Part shown: positions 41,101 through 56,700 of the stretch, piece after piece
How positions within the stretch are numbered: the stretch's first letter is position 1
Layout: every line of letters begins with the position of its first letter
Source of the DNA: Ptychomitrium polyphyllum
Taxonomy: Eukaryota
Direction: 5' to 3'
Assembly (NCBI GenBank): GCA_973851085.1
Contig: OZ316776.1
Span: 5,208,001-5,272,000, forward strand
Length of the DNA: 64,000 nucleotides
Program-made: the position numbers and the translations under genes
The notes under the pieces: generated by a model
Database searches by the model: none
Told to the model about the DNA's origin: nothing
The model's input: only the letters and a program-made list of their open reading frames with translations

Positions 41101-44100
41101 ACGATGGGACTTGTGGTCATTTGAATATGTGTATGTGATGCAAGAAAGTGACTTGAAAGGACAAAAGGAAAATATAAAACATAGTGGAATACTATCATTG
41201 TGCAAAAGACGGACTAATTGCGTGGCAGGATGAGCCACCATGGAACGGACAATCATGCAGTTACTAGAACAGAATAATATGTAAACAATATCTACAAAGT
41301 TTCATAAATAAAGATTTTGGTTAATAGGATGCTCTCAAGCTATGGCTACTTCAAAATAAATTCACATTTGTCAAATTTTGAGGAATTTGGATCTTTGTAA
41401 TTTTTTTATACAATCCAAGCAATAAAGGGATTTCTTGGAACAATGGTTCATATGGTATAATCTTAGATTCTGTAATTATCTAAATTTGGATACATGTCTC
41501 ACAAATAGAGTTTTGAAAGGGAAAATCCAAAGTAGTGTATTTCAAAAAATACTCCAATATAAGATACATTGCCATTACAATGAGTTTTGAATTTTTACAT
41601 ATATTTGTTAATGAAGCTTAAAATAACTAATATCACAAATTACAAAAATATAATGAGTTAATTTGATATCTAACAAAAATAACAATTGAAATGTACGATG
41701 TTTTTGTTAATAATGGAGGTCATATTTGATTCAATATCATTTTCATTTTAAAAAAATGAATCGTTTATTTATACATTAAAAATTTATATACATTTTTAAA
41801 AAAACCAAAAAAATTACATTGTTATTATAAATGAATAAAATTAACAAAATATGGTCTTTGCTTTGAAAAAATTGGAAATGTATAATTGAAAGCATGTGTT
41901 TAATTAAATACTTCAGTACATTCACCACATTTTTACTTTTAAGAAGTAGTGCTTAATTTCAAGGCCAAAGAATAGTTCATACTATGAGAATTACTAGCGG
42001 AAAGGTTTTTGTTGTAGCTTAGGAATTATGAAGCTCTGACTATATTTGTGAAACGATTTTGGTAGGTGTTTTGTATCAATGGAATTACTAAAGGTTCATT
42101 TAAAATTGCTCTTAATTTGAAACAGTGAAGCATTGATTTATAGCTTTCTCTTCAGTTTTGACAACAAATTATGAGTACTATTTGTTGATATATTACTATT
42201 AATATTTAAATAGTAATATTTTTAATTAATTTATATAATGCCTTTTATTTTAAATTTTCATTTTGTCCCAAAAGCAATGCACAATATTGAGTGCATGTAC
42301 AAACTGGAATAAGAAAACCTTAAGGGATGTTCCAGATTGTTGCTCTACTCCTAATGTCCTCACCATAGTGTGCAAATTGTTTTAGTTTTAATTTGTGTTT
42401 TCAAATTTTTTCCTTTTTTTGTTTCATTAATAAAGTTGGAACATGAAATTCTAAGGTAACTTTCATTTAGAAGTATTATAATAAAAATATCCTTGTTCTT
42501 ACAAAAGTTCGCAACAGTTAAAAAGAATAATAAAAATTTGTCTTAGCTAATGAATTTTTTTAAATTTTTTTTGGAAAGATAAGCCTTTTATCAAGTAAAA
42601 CAAGTTTCTATCAAATGTTGTTTTTTACCATTAATCAATATATTATAGTTCTTTAACGATGTACTATAATAATATGTGTAATTCTTCTTCTTGGATGAAA
42701 TAACATTATTTATAATGTGCATTTCTTGAATATTAGCTCGTATTTTGTCTTGTTGAAGTTATTTAGGAAACAATAAAAAAATTGATCTTCATTCTTTACA
42801 AAAAAATTTACTAAAGCATAACAATAACAATTGTCATATTTCTTCCATAATTGAATGTTGAAATTTAGCATTTGAGAATACTTACAATGAGCTTAATCAA
42901 ATTATAAGAAATCCATTTTTCTTCATAGTCCATTTCTTCTATTTGAGAACATATTTTTAAAATTAATATGCTATAAATTGTATGTAGAATCATATAAGAT
43001 TACTTTTAAAGTGATGTTATTCATGATCATGATAATGTGCCTTGTTTTGTCAATCATAATATAATTGACATTTCATATTGGTGACATTAATAAGGCATTA
43101 TACACTTAGTATTAAAGTAAATTTTCAGAATTAATGATATCAGATGATAAATATTAAATTAATAAATGTTTTTTTAAAAAAACTTTTCCAAGACAAGTTT
43201 CAAATATTACATGCAAGAAGACATTGGATATAAAAGACTTCAAAGATTTTAAGTTAATTGTTTTTTAAATCACTAATGTGTTTTGTCGATTTCAAATAAA
43301 ATACAACATTTAGCAATAAAATGGTAATTTCTGATAGAGATGAACTCATCCAATTTTTAGTTTAAAAAAAAATTGCTTAGAAGTTTTTTAATAATTTTCT
43401 ATTGTTGAATCCTACTTATCCAATATAACTAATCATTTGACAGAAATGTGTTCAGTTTCACCGTTCATACATGCATGCAGTATCTCAATGATTTTTTATT
43501 ATTTATTTTCAAGACTTAAATGTTTGAAGTTGAAAAAAACTAAAAGGGAAAGTAAAAGTATATCAACCATTAAGTGTTGGACACTTCGAATCATCCAAAA
43601 GACCATTTGCTCATTTCTGTATCGAAGGAGACTGCACAAAGCATCTGACATGCTGGATTGTAATCTATGACAATCTTATTGAAGGCAGAGGTCAACTAGA
43701 GGGTCGTCTTTACCCCCTTTAAGACTAGGTGAGTTTTACACAGTATTGTTGAAAACTCACCTTAACATGGGGTTAAGTTAATTGCATTGCCTTAAAAATT
43801 GAGTTCCCTGCATAATATAATTTATTAGACCAGAAATTTATTAGTCAGGATATTACACAAAGATAAATGCATGCAAAGTAACATTCAAGAACCAGTACCA
43901 ACATTCTTCAGTGACCCCTCTGATTTCACCCTCTCTCAAACAAATAATTCCACCATCAAAAAAGGTACAATTCCTATGTTAAAATTTAGTTCCAATAAAG
44001 TTAAGGGAATTTAAGCGCCATGTTACCAAATTAAACTTGTGCTTTCATATGTCACATGCCTTCACTACCATTAATTCTTGACTTTCCACTTTCTAAAGTG

Positions 44101-47079
44101 AAAACTACTCATTTCAATTGTCAAAAGATATTATATAGACAATCTTCCATTTAAGAAATTATATTCTAGTTTATTCCTAAATATGGTTATAACTCATTAA
44201 ACTTCAATCTTGATAATGATTAAAACCTTATTAGAAGTCTTTACATGACCATCAATGGAACACATTAGTAGGCTATTGTGAAGTTGTAAATACAACCCCA
44301 TTCAAAAAAAACAAAACAAAAAACATTGTGCTTCAATTGAATATTGTTTATAGAAGCTTAAAAAGTCCTTATATTCATTGAAGGTTATTATAAAGAAGTT
44401 TAAATAAAGTTTTTATATAGTTTCTAATAACTTGTAAACCAAGAAATTCATAAAATTGGAATCACAAAGTAAATATTTAATTCTTTATAACCACTTTATA
44501 TTTGCAAGTTTGACAAAAATATGTGTAATTTAGGTGTGTGATGAATTAGGCTTTCAAATGAAGTTCATATTTTTGCTTCCATGACATGCATTCCATGCAA
44601 TATTTCTACTCAATTCCAAATGATGTAGGATCTTTAAACAAAAATTGTATAATGTTATTTAGACTAAATACTTGCACATATGCAAACACAATTTTCAAAG
44701 ACAAAAACTATATATTATTGTATATTTTGCAATTCAAATTGACATTTTCTATTTTTTGGAAATGGAATCTTTATTTTAGACTCTAATGTTGTAAATGCTT
44801 GTTGAAATGAATGTATTGTCTTCATCAATAACTCTGTGCATACAATTTTGAATAAGAAAAATAAGTCTAAAGTTTTTGTCAACTAAAAATTTGTAACTAA
44901 TTTTATGTAACTTATAAATTATATATGTTCATAGATTATTTCAATAAGATAATATCCTAAGTTGTAGTAATTATGTCTTAAAAAATTTAGAAATGATTAC
45001 ACTTACTACCAAACCAATACATCTTTCAAAAATCACATTTAAGAACTTCAACAAAATTGTCCAATTTTCTCAATTTCTCTTATGTACAAAAAATATTGTA
45101 TTGATTATTGATTTATATAGTTAAATGTCAAATTTATCCTAGTTTTAGTATGATCCATCAACTTTATAGAAACAAAGAAACAAAGGGCAAATACACTTCT
45201 TTTACAAAGTAGTTTGGAATAAGAAATTTGATCTAAGAGAAAAAAAAGTTACAGTGAAAATTAAAAATTCTATAAGAATGAAGAACCTAAAGATGAAGGA
45301 CTGCATTAAAAGAAAATTTAGTCTTTCAATGAGAAATTAATCAAAAAATCAACCTTGTTTTTAAAGAATAATTGTTATAATTGTGAGTAAAACTTCCAAG
45401 TTTCAATTTGGATTAAAATGACTTTTAATGAAGAAATGTTTGCCATAATATGAATCTGAAAGGTGGCCATTAATGTAGTAAAGCCTTATTTCCAATATTT
45501 TTTGCAAGCGTTTTTAGTCTAATAATGCCAAATTAGTTAATAACGAAATATTTAAATCAGATTAACAATTTGTACAAGATGCCAAATTGGAAGGTATCTT
45601 TGCATTTTTTGAACACTTAAATTGGTTTGAAATGACCGATTATTAGGTGAAACTTAATTGGTTTGGAATGACTTTTGTGATATTATAACTCTAAAATCTA
45701 CTTAATTTCAAAATTAGTAAATTTGAATTCATATGCTTATAAGAAACCACCTTCATACTAAAATTTGAAATCAAATTGAATCCAACAACTCTAATAGCAA
45801 AGTTGAATCTACCTTCAAAGAAAATAGGAATTAATGGCAAAATTTAAAACCTATATTGTAATGTGCCACTTGTAATTTTTAATTCGGACTTATAAATTTG
45901 AATGCACAAAAATAAGATTTACATAGCTTGAATGGTGAGATAATACAAACTAGTATTAGCATTTTTGAAAGGCAAGTTCTGAGCCTTGAGGCCATACTTG
46001 TGACCATGTAAGTAAAAAAAGTGTTTTTATTGTCAAGATTATAATGTCTAAGAGATGACCTGAGTTTTGATGACTTTCACTCTTACTGTAAAATGTACTT
46101 AAATCTTCTCAGGTACATATTCGAGATGTTCTTCTGTCTGAGGATGCCAATTCAATGCTAATCCAACAAGCTGGTTTCAGAGAACAATATGAAACTAAAC
46201 ACTGCATACATCCATGAATTTAACATTTAGAATCAATCTAGCATGAAGCCATTAGGGACATCAGGACCAAGTGCAGTCAATTACAAATTATGGATGCTGC
46301 TGCATACATGTGTTGACAAACACAATAAGTTGCCCCTTGAGCACCACCAGACCCAGTGGTACACAAGGCTTTAAATTGCTCCTAACCACACTACAAGATT
46401 CCCATGAGGTATTTATGAATCTCACATCAAATAGTAAAACTGAGAAATGCTGGAGGCCATCTCGAGAGTATTGTATCTTGTTTTTGGTGATTCACCCTTT
46501 GATGTGCTACATTGACTTACTGTAAGGTACTACCATATCACCATTACTAACGGCTAATAGGCCAGTGAACTATTTTAACCTTTTTGAGCATAGGTGACCA
46601 CTATCTGGTTACAAATTGACACAAATTCTTGGATCCACAATGAATTTGGTTTCCAAATACAAGGTTTAAGTTTTCTTTAATATTACATTTATCCAGTGTT
46701 GAAAATCACACTCAATTTCACCACTGTGGGCCCCCCATTACATGCATGTCAAACAATGTTCTAGATCAAATAGATAAAATATGTGCTTTATGTATATAAT
46801 ATCTTTAAATGTACAACTTATACATTGGTGTAAACCTCATACTTGGAACTGACTTTCATGCAACATGGTTGTAGTATTGAGTCATGGTGTTCTTCTGCCT
46901 TTGACTGAGTCAAGTATTGAAGAATATAAAGCCTTCTTGAGCACAAATCTTCCATTTTTCTAAAATAAAATGAATATATATAGCTTGAAAATTACCAAAG
47001 CTACTTGAACCTTCTTGCATTTAGATCCAATTAGGTCAAAAGTTCTTCAAATTATTTAGAACAATTCAATTTAATTGAC

Positions 47080-47110
<31 letters not shown>

Positions 47111-50100
47111 TTTTTTAATTTTTAATTTTTTTTAATTTTTTTTTTGTGTGGACTCTGGAAAACTTAAGTTCCTATAGCGATTTCTGATTTTTTCTAATTA
47201 TTTAAGTTTGAATGAGATCATAGATGCATCCATTACAATTGAACACTTACATCATCACCTAATCAAAAATTTCAAACTTGATCACTAGTGAAACTTAAAA
47301 CCAATCTTTCATTTTGGTGATTACAGTACAAGAGATGTTTTATGAAACTAGTTGTCCTATATTTACATAATTTTATTTAACCATAACACTATTCTAATCA
47401 TGAAATGTTTTTGCTACCTTAAATGGCAGTAGATATTAGAATTATGAGGATTTTATTTTTTTTAATTATAAAAAAACTCAATGAAAATTCAATAATTTAA
47501 CACCATCAGAAGATATACTAATTTTATGAAGGATCCACTATTGTAAAAACTTAATTATTAAATGATAAATATACCTCATAGGTATATTCTACTAATAGAG
47601 ACACATTAAAATAATTTGTGATTAAAGGCTTTATTTATTCAACTTTCAATAAATTTTGAACTATCTAAGAAAGAATGTTTTTGTGTGTTGTTTGAGTAAG
47701 AACAGCCATTTTTTCCAATTGAAATGGTTAAAATATAATAGAATGTTCCAAAATAAGTATATTCCACATCATTACATTGTTTCACAAGTGATGCATGATT
47801 CAGCAGTCCATTTTTTACATCCAAAGCATCAAATTCTTGCCAATTCATCATATTTCTGAGTTCACTACTTTTACTTCCATTAGAAACATTCTGTGTGTGA
47901 AAGGAAGAATGAGTGACATTTGAGTTGCACTAGCATAGGATTCTTACTTCTACATTGTATCTTTCTCACATTTTTCCGCATGTCCTTTACACAAGAAACC
48001 ATGTACACACATACTTCTGCATGCTTCACATCTACAGATTTTAAAAATTTGCATTAGACATGTAAGGCAGCTCTCCTTATAGAATCTGTAGACCAGAAAG
48101 TAACATTCCAATTGGATTCTGAGTCATTTACAAAAATAGCAAGCAAGCAGTGACCAAATATTGGCTTCCTGGGCGCTAAAGGGTAAGGTTTGATCACATT
48201 TTGCAATTTGATAAACTTGATCTTTTCACATGCATCTAGAACCTGGAGATGAATCCTTCTTGCCTATCCAATCAAACTGCCAGCATCGTATTCTGTTGAT
48301 AAGCCCACTGGTTTAGTTCAGCAAACTTGTCAAGCACACCATAAAAATTCCACACTTGCTAATATGTCCATTATGTGCTGTTCTACCTCATTGTTAGCCT
48401 TGTCAATGCTTTAGTGCTCTTAAAGGTTCTGGGAAAAACTCTAGTTTCTAGAGATTTATTTGTCCTACCTATGCTTTCTGAAATCAAATGCTCATTTCTA
48501 GTATCCAAGTGTATTAATCTGTAAGGATCCTGAATGTAACATTTTGACACATTGGATAACAAAAAATTTGAGGAGCCATTTTGCTTTCATCTGGGGTGTG
48601 ATATCAATACAAAAGTTGATCAATCAGTTTTATTTTTATTTTTAAACATTCTAAATTTTTGAATCAAAAGATTTGGCAGGCAATCAGGACAAGGTATTTG
48701 GTTTTGGATATCTTTTATTATGTGCTCAAAAAACTATGGTTTTGAAGGATGTGTTGCTTTAAGTTTTAAAAATCTGAATTGATTTTAACATAAAAATAAT
48801 ATGTTTGAGGATTTTGCATGTCACAGGCTTTTCAATGATGTCTTAGATGCCAAAGAGAAGGTTGAGTGAATTCAAAATAATTGGTCATTTTTCAACTAAC
48901 TAAGACTATAACACATAGAGTAAACAGCAAATATTTGTGCAAGCTTTCATGGAAGTCCAATCTTTCATTAAGTTCCAACCATAAAAACATTTGGTAATAT
49001 AAAATTTGAATTTGTAACTGTTTCTTGTATTTTGGTACTTTATTCATACATATTTTGATTGCTCTTTGTATCCACAAACACTTCTCATAGAAGAAGAACA
49101 ACAACAGTAGATTCAAAGGGATCATTATAAATGAAACATTTTCCCCAGCTATGACCTAATCCTATGCCCACCACTGTTGTAGGGTAAGAGTGCAGTTTTC
49201 AGGGGAAAATGTGGTTTGTAAAGTTGATCATCCTTGGGTTACACTAAAACAATCTATGTTACCTCTTGAAGTACTTGTCATACTCTGTGTTCTTATATTG
49301 AAGTTCAAATGTAATGAAAAGACCTCCTAAATGTGATTTCCATCTATCATTCATTAGTGATGTCGAGCTCATTCAGTCACAAAATGGCTGGAGATTCATA
49401 CGTTTCCTAGGCATTTGGGCAGCCTTAATCTTAACCGCTACAGAGCCAGTTTGGAGTAACAGCAAGGCTCAACTACCTTCAAAATTTGAACCTCATTGTA
49501 TGAAATTTGAAGTGCCAATTTAGTTGCTGCTCAATGCTCAATGCTCAATGAGATGTACAATCCTGAGATGTAAATGGAGGACCTGCAAATAACCTCCCAA
49601 GTAACCAACAGATTTATAGATTTCTGAATATTTCAAATTTCAAATTACACTTCCAAGCTACACTAATTAGGAGCAATATGTTGAATTGCCTGAGATTAAT
49701 ATCTCAACATGTTCCATTCTGTACTCTTTTATAGAAATCAGTAAGATTCTGTAGAATTTGTTGAGTTGGTGGATAATTTCAAACAGAAAAAGATCAGGCA
49801 ACTTGATTTTGTAGCCAAATAATATCATTATTTGTTATAATCTTTCTTTAAAATTACTTGATTAAGCTAGGACCTAAATTAATCCCAAGTGCACTTAAAA
49901 AGGCATATAGTTTCTTTAAATTTTTGAGATGCCACTCAAATTTCATATTAAGTAAATAAATAAATAACTACGAGAAAATGGAAAATTGAGCTTTAAAAAT
50001 CTTGTTTTACTTTGCTAATGACAAAAGATATATTTTTGAGAGAAATTTAGTAATTAATTAATTATATCGTATTTTTGGCAAACATGAAATTTGAATTAAA

Positions 50101-50743
50101 ATGTGTTACAGATACATTTTTAGTATTAGCATAGAAATGAAAGTTATAAATTATGCTTTTTGAATGACATCTATACAACTTAATTGAACTTAAAAATTAT
50201 ATCTTAAAAGATTGTCTTTATAATTTTGTCACAAAACAATAAAAATCAACATTTCACAAAATTTGAAATTTAATAGACCAATTAAAATACCTTAGTGTTT
50301 TGAATGATTCCTTTCAAAGTATTTCTTAGCAATTTGAACATATTCCAAATAGAATATTTTAATTTTAATTTATTTAATATGATTTATTTCAAGAGTAATG
50401 GGACTATTTAATTTCAAATGGTTCATCTTTGATACTTCAAAGAGTTCCAAATAAATTGACTATCTTAGTGCAAGTGAATTTGCATTTGAAAAATACAATG
50501 GGTGTTGTAATTTTTAAGTTCTATTGTTCAAAAATTGTAAAAGGTATAATTTTTGAACATTTGTTATTGTTGTCAAAGTTGAAATGCATACAGCATTCAT
50601 TAATATCTATCAAATTTCTGAATCACTAAATAATATTTTTGTACTTGTTATGATATCCTCTGCCTTAATCACTGTCTTCAGTGAACACCAATCTCATTTA
50701 TCAGGAAATTCAGATGAACAAAGAAGTCATTTTATTCTGCATA

Positions 50744-50780
50744 AAATTCTCTTATCTGCACTCAAATTCTCTTATCTGCA
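50744..50780. repeat. 20-bp-period tandem duplication
   Basis: aaattctcttatctgca ctc aaattctcttatctgca. Confidence 0.8.
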
Positions 50781-53700
50781 TTAAAACTCTGAAGGAAAAT
50801 AATATTCAACCTCTATTTGAAATCCAGAGGAATGTATTCTTTAATAATCTGCAATTAGTAAATTTCACACAATGAGTTCACATTATTAAATTTTTTAGGA
50901 TCTCAAAGAAATACAATATTTTTGATAGAGTAAGCATTTTTATTCTATCTGTATTGAATACTTTGGAATCTGTGATTATCACAAGATTCAAAGCAATACT
51001 TGATGACTTTAAACTCATAACCTTGTGATTAATAAGGGCTCCACAAAGACCTGCAAATATTGAATTTAGCAGACATGCAGCTTAACTAATTATTCATGTA
51101 ACAAACTAAGTAATAGAAGATCTCATCTCAAACTATGCTTTCAAAATTCAATCAAATAAGTTGACTTTATTTTGTCAAATTAACTCTTAGTACATGATAC
51201 TCAGATTTGTGCCTAATATTAAAATTTACCTTTCTGAGTAAGTCGATTGTTTTTTCCTTTTTCTTTTTGCACATTAACATAGAAGAGTCTGGTTTTGAAA
51301 TTTCTACCATATCATTACTAATACAATTTAAATAATACCAAATTATTTACATCTACATAATGTTTTTCAATGACATATACTTTCCTTTTTGTCCAATAAT
51401 AGGTATATAAAACATAAAATGAGAGTTGCTCTCAACCTGCAATGAGAGTCCTTCATAGCCGCCACAATAATTTCATGAGGAAAGTATTTAAAAAAGACAG
51501 ACGTATTTCAGATCTATCTATGCAGAGTGCTCGGAAGCCAAATTCCACACCCCAAAAAGACCAAAGGCTCAAACCCAACGACTAAGACGCAGGACATGAT
51601 ACATCCCACGTCCAATATGAACAGTCTGGTGTTTTGGTGCTTTGACGGTTGCATCCAAATTAAAATACACTAGGTTATGCCAGTAATTTGTCTCCACTGC
51701 CACTCCTATCATTTATGGCAATGTTCTCCTGTTTGCTGCCCCCTCCAAAGCAAAGTACACTACAACAATGTTTGCCTGTAGTAAATGAGGCTTAGACTAA
51801 CACCCTAATAAATCAATAAGTTGCGTAGTGGAGTTGTCCTGAAAGTATGGAAAAACACACAATATATCTAACTTCCTCTTAGAGATTCCTTTGAATAACC
51901 TTCTGTAAAGGCATAATTTGATCACCCGAAGGCATAATTCTATTGTTAGAACCTAATTCAATTCAAAATTGAGAGAATTTGTATGCAAAGTCAACAAGCT
52001 ATACAAATTTCTTCATGCATTGATTGCTATATGTTTTCATTATCATTTATAACTAATTTGCACTTTCTAAAGTGAAGATGAGTTAGTACAATTATCAAAC
52101 ATTATTATATTGGCTGCAAGTTAACAAATGAATGTGACTTTGTAAATACTTGGTGAAATTTAGTATTATGTGACCATTAAGATTTTTGTGTTAATTAGTA
52201 ATTTTGGAACTATCAAGCCATATTATGCATGGAGATATATCCAACCAAATGTACATGTAATTTCAAAATAATTCTAATGCTAGTCACAAATAATTTAAGA
52301 ATTTGGCCATGACCAAGAAAGCCAATGAAACTTTATTGTTTCATTTTTGTACAAAAATGCAAATTTAATTAATTATATTACAAACTTGCACAATCTCAAT
52401 CCATTATTTTTTGCAACTTGAGTGAACCTACACACGGGCTAACACCTTAAGCAAATGAATACTTGTAAATGACCAAATTTTTTATTTGTGGTTATAGATA
52501 AATTTTTTATCAAACAATATGTTTGTACATATTACAATATATGATGACATGTAGCCTATGCCGAGCGCTTTTGCTATCATGACTTGCCAAATTCCTTCAA
52601 AAACAAAGTTTAAAGAAATCCTTATTCGTTCAAAATCAGGAAGTGTTTACCATTGTATTTTTTATATTTAACCATTAAATAGGCATCACATTTATTTTTG
52701 ATAGTTAAAAATGGCCATAGGATTGAAAACTAAAGATCATGGTTTTACTTCTTTATAAACAAAAATATAGATAACATGACCTTCTTTTGTTTCAAATGAA
52801 GATAAAAATGAAAAGATATTTTTTTCTATTTGCATTATTATTTATGTATTTCAATAGTCTACACTGCATTTTTTTTATAATAAAAATGATTTTGTAGTGA
52901 GAAAAATGTATTTGATGTCAGTATTTAATTTTAGCAAATATTGTGTTCATGGTGTAATGTACATAATGGTATGTAGTTCATTTTTGTAACATCAATGTGT
53001 GTAAGATGAACCTTATTACTATTTCTTTAAAAAAATGATCTTCTTATGTTATAATAAAGAAAGAAATAAGAACCTTTGAGGGTGTAAAATTCCAAATAAA
53101 TTAAAAATTTGCTTATTGAATGTTTTATAATGTTGGCTCCGAAGATTGAACTTAGATAATGACATCACTCATTAATTTGGTTTTTGATTTTTTCTTTATA
53201 ATCAATTTAGAAGGCTTAAAAGATAATCAATTTAGGTGCAAATTTATTATGGTTTGCATGGTGCATTTATAATAACAATCATTGTCTTTCATGTTGCTTT
53301 TTAATTAAGCAAAAATCACACCATTTTGATTCTTTGGAGGTTGGTTCAAATGCAAGACACCACTTGTTATAAACTTCTAGCCTACAATATTCTCTACACT
53401 TACATAGCTAAGTGCCAAAATCAAATTTTAAATGATTAAATTTATCAACCAACAAAAATCTAGGGCAATAATTCATATTGTGAGCTTTTACCACACAACA
53501 TCCATGATCAAAGCTTCAACAGACCAACAAATCAAACTATGAAGCCAAATCCTAATAATAATTGGAAATTGAATTAAAACTTTTGTTTTAACTAAAATAA
53601 CCATTTAACAACAGTAAGATAATTTTTTCTTTTTAAATTTAGTAAACAAACAATTTATCAAACTCCACCACATTCTTCAAATGATCATATTAAATAATAG

Positions 53701-56700
53701 CGGAAACTACAATAATAAACCATTATAGATCTTAGTCTTTAAAATTTAAACATAAGCCTTTAACTCAAAGCTTTTCAACCTTATGAAACATAACAAACTT
53801 TGCTAATCAACAAATTTGAAAGATTTAACTTGTTGTTCCAACCAATGTCCATTAAAAAGCTAGAGGATGAAAATTTCATGGCTAAAAAACAATCACAAAA
53901 CAAAAAAGCAATATTGTAAAGATTACCAAAAAGATTGCATGAGTGTAGAGAAAAAGTTACAATTGATATTGCAACAAATTGATAGAGCCTCCATATGCAA
54001 GCACCTTGCATGATGAAAGATCTCAAAGCCATACGTTAGTAATCAAAGTTGCAAAGAAACAAATAGTGTCAAAAGAAAGAAGTGGGAAAATTCTAAATCC
54101 AAAAATAGACAACCTATAAAAGAAAATGGTGCTCAATCACTGGCATTAGATTTTTCATGTAAATAATCATTGTACTAGCATAAGTTCAGTCAAGCAACCT
54201 TTTCCATAGTGTATGTTTATTTTTAAAGGGCCATGAAAACTTAGGGAAAATTTGCTGTTTTATAATTCCATTACATTGCAACAGGAGGAGAACACCATCT
54301 GAAATATAGCCATGTATGGTTTAGACTTTGATCCTGACTCAGTATAGGATGTGAAAATATTACCCATATATTCACTTTGGAAACGATTATTTGTTTTGTT
54401 TGTGTCCCCCAAATTAAAACTTAGATCTGCAAAGATTCATTGCACAGATACAACATACCAGGAGAAAGTGAAGGATGAAGGTTCCCATCTCTGGCCTCGA
54501 TTCCAACATTGAAGCCTGAATTAATCACAAGGCAACAGATGGGAGCACAGCTTTGTGTCCAAAAATGATGGCTGAGAGGGGGATGATAGCAGGATTGCAA
54601 TTCATTCAATGTGGCCTCGTTAATTATTGTGTTTGGGCAACCCCCTTATCAAATAGTAAGCCATTTAAGAGGTTCATCATTACGTGCCTCAAATAGTAAT
54701 GAAGACCAGAACCGATGAAGTCCTGCGATCTGATCGAACGATCTAAGCCCTGAACTGCAATTCCACTCCCACTAGGTCATACTTAGTTTAGCGGACTCTG
54801 CAGCTCCTCTAACTGGATGATCTTCAAGTCAAGTGGAGCCTGGCGGGAGGGTTGGGCTGGATAGGTTGGTAGGTAGGTGGGGTGCGGGGGGTGGGCCGCT
54901 AAACTTATACTGGTGCCTCCACTTTCTCCTCCTCTTGGGTTCCTTTGCCTCGCGCCCTTGCACCTTTCCAGGCTTCCGCACCCGCATTGAATGCGCCATA
55001 TCCCCCAGGCTGACCAGCTGCCTCCCACTTTCTCAGGCCTCCTCCCCAGTTCCATCTGCCTTAGGTAGCTCCTTGCAGTCTCCACCCCACTGTTAGGCTC
55101 TCTCTCAAGCTCCGCGTTGCCGAGGAGCATCGACGACACCAGTATAGACATCAGTGACTCCATACACAGCCACAACTGGAACTGAAGCTCAACTACCTTT
55201 TGCAACCAGCATCGTTCTTCTTCACTGCTGGTGAGTAAGTCAAGTACTTTCAATAGGTCACTAGTTGCTACTCCTTCAACTAGTGAGTTGAGTTGCTCTG
55301 GGGTTTGCGACGTAAGATTGGTATTAGTGTTTGTTCCAGTTTGTAGTGCGAGCGCTGTATATAGCGTCTGCTTTGCTATTTTTGAGCTAGTTTCGAGGCG
55401 AATATTATAGCAGCGAGTGGCACAGGTTGTGCGTATAGGGCTTTAGACTTGTGGGCGTTTCCTCTGGTTAACGCTGGCGTTTGTTATACACATTGCGCAT
55501 TCTTGTACATATATAAGGTAATGTGAGGTTGCTTAAGGCTTGTTCAGCCTTGCTCACTACATCTGTGTGAGTTTCTCTGTGGGCAGAGGAGCTAGTTCCA
55601 TCGCCGGAGTTACGTGGCTGAGCATCTGGAAACAGTTGCCCCGGGTCGCCTTGTGGGGTGGTGACAGGGAAGCTTGAACCGAGTAGTGAGGAAGGGATCG
55701 AAGGCTGAGGGGGAGTTGCTAGGGTGTGCAAGGTCGGTTTTGAAGGTCGCGTAAGGTGGTGAGCGCAGTGGTCGAGTAGGTCACCTCCTGCGTCCGAGAG
55801 GGAGAAAACGAGAGAGAGAGGAGATTCAGCACGCGGTTGCTGCTTCTCTCTCCCTCCTTTTCTTCGGACGGTAGGAGAGAAGGTGGGAGGCAGAGCTCCA
55901 CAGTGCAAGCTTGGTGTGTATAGCACTTGACATTGCCTCCCTCTTCTCTCTAGTCCCTTGCTCTCGGTATCTGTTTTTTTTCTGTATTTCCCTTCTTTTA
56001 CGAGAACACGCTCCATCCTTCCCGTACAGCACCTCCTAGAACAGGCAAGTCCTCACTTGTCTATCCTTCTGGTAACACTCCTTCGTACCTGTCAACATAG
56101 ATATTGTGTTCTGTAAGCCCAGATGGTCAGTGTTAACGTGAGAGCAGGAAAAGTGACCTTAGCTTCAAAGTCCTGAGAGTGGGTCAGAGAGCAGGTTCGC
56201 TGCCTTTTGTGTTCTTTCGTCTGGAGCATCAAGGGTACTATGCTGTCGGCCTGGCACCGTTCTAGCGTACTTGCCCGAGACTAGAAACTGAAACTCCTGT
56301 CCACATACAGCACACGTTCCCACGAAGTAGGTCCCTTGAGGTTGACATTTACCCGTGATAGCCCATTGAGAGCGCGGCGGCGTTCGAAGTCAAGCCCAAC
56401 TTCTGAAAGTCAACAGAATCTGCGGTAAGGTCTCGTACTAAGAACCGTATAGAATTTTGGGTGGGCACCGTTTCAAAGGACCTTGTCATTTCTTAGTGGA
56501 TAACTGACACGAAGAAAACCCAAGCAGCACCTTTCCAGCATATCAGTACGAAACTCCCACCCACCACAATTCTCTAAACATCTTCAAGCTCCGATTCGAC
56601 AATCAATCTTTCAGCAAGGAAAAGGAGACGACCAGCTCAATCTTGATACTCCAAAGGTGAATGTACCATACTATAAGCTCGCTTCACTGAAGTATAAAAT

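Noticed and set aside
36400..54700. Many 60-90 aa ORFs in AT-rich DNA
   Set aside because: Phe/Ile/Lys/Asn-rich chance ORFs, often with non-ATG starts and no coding bias.
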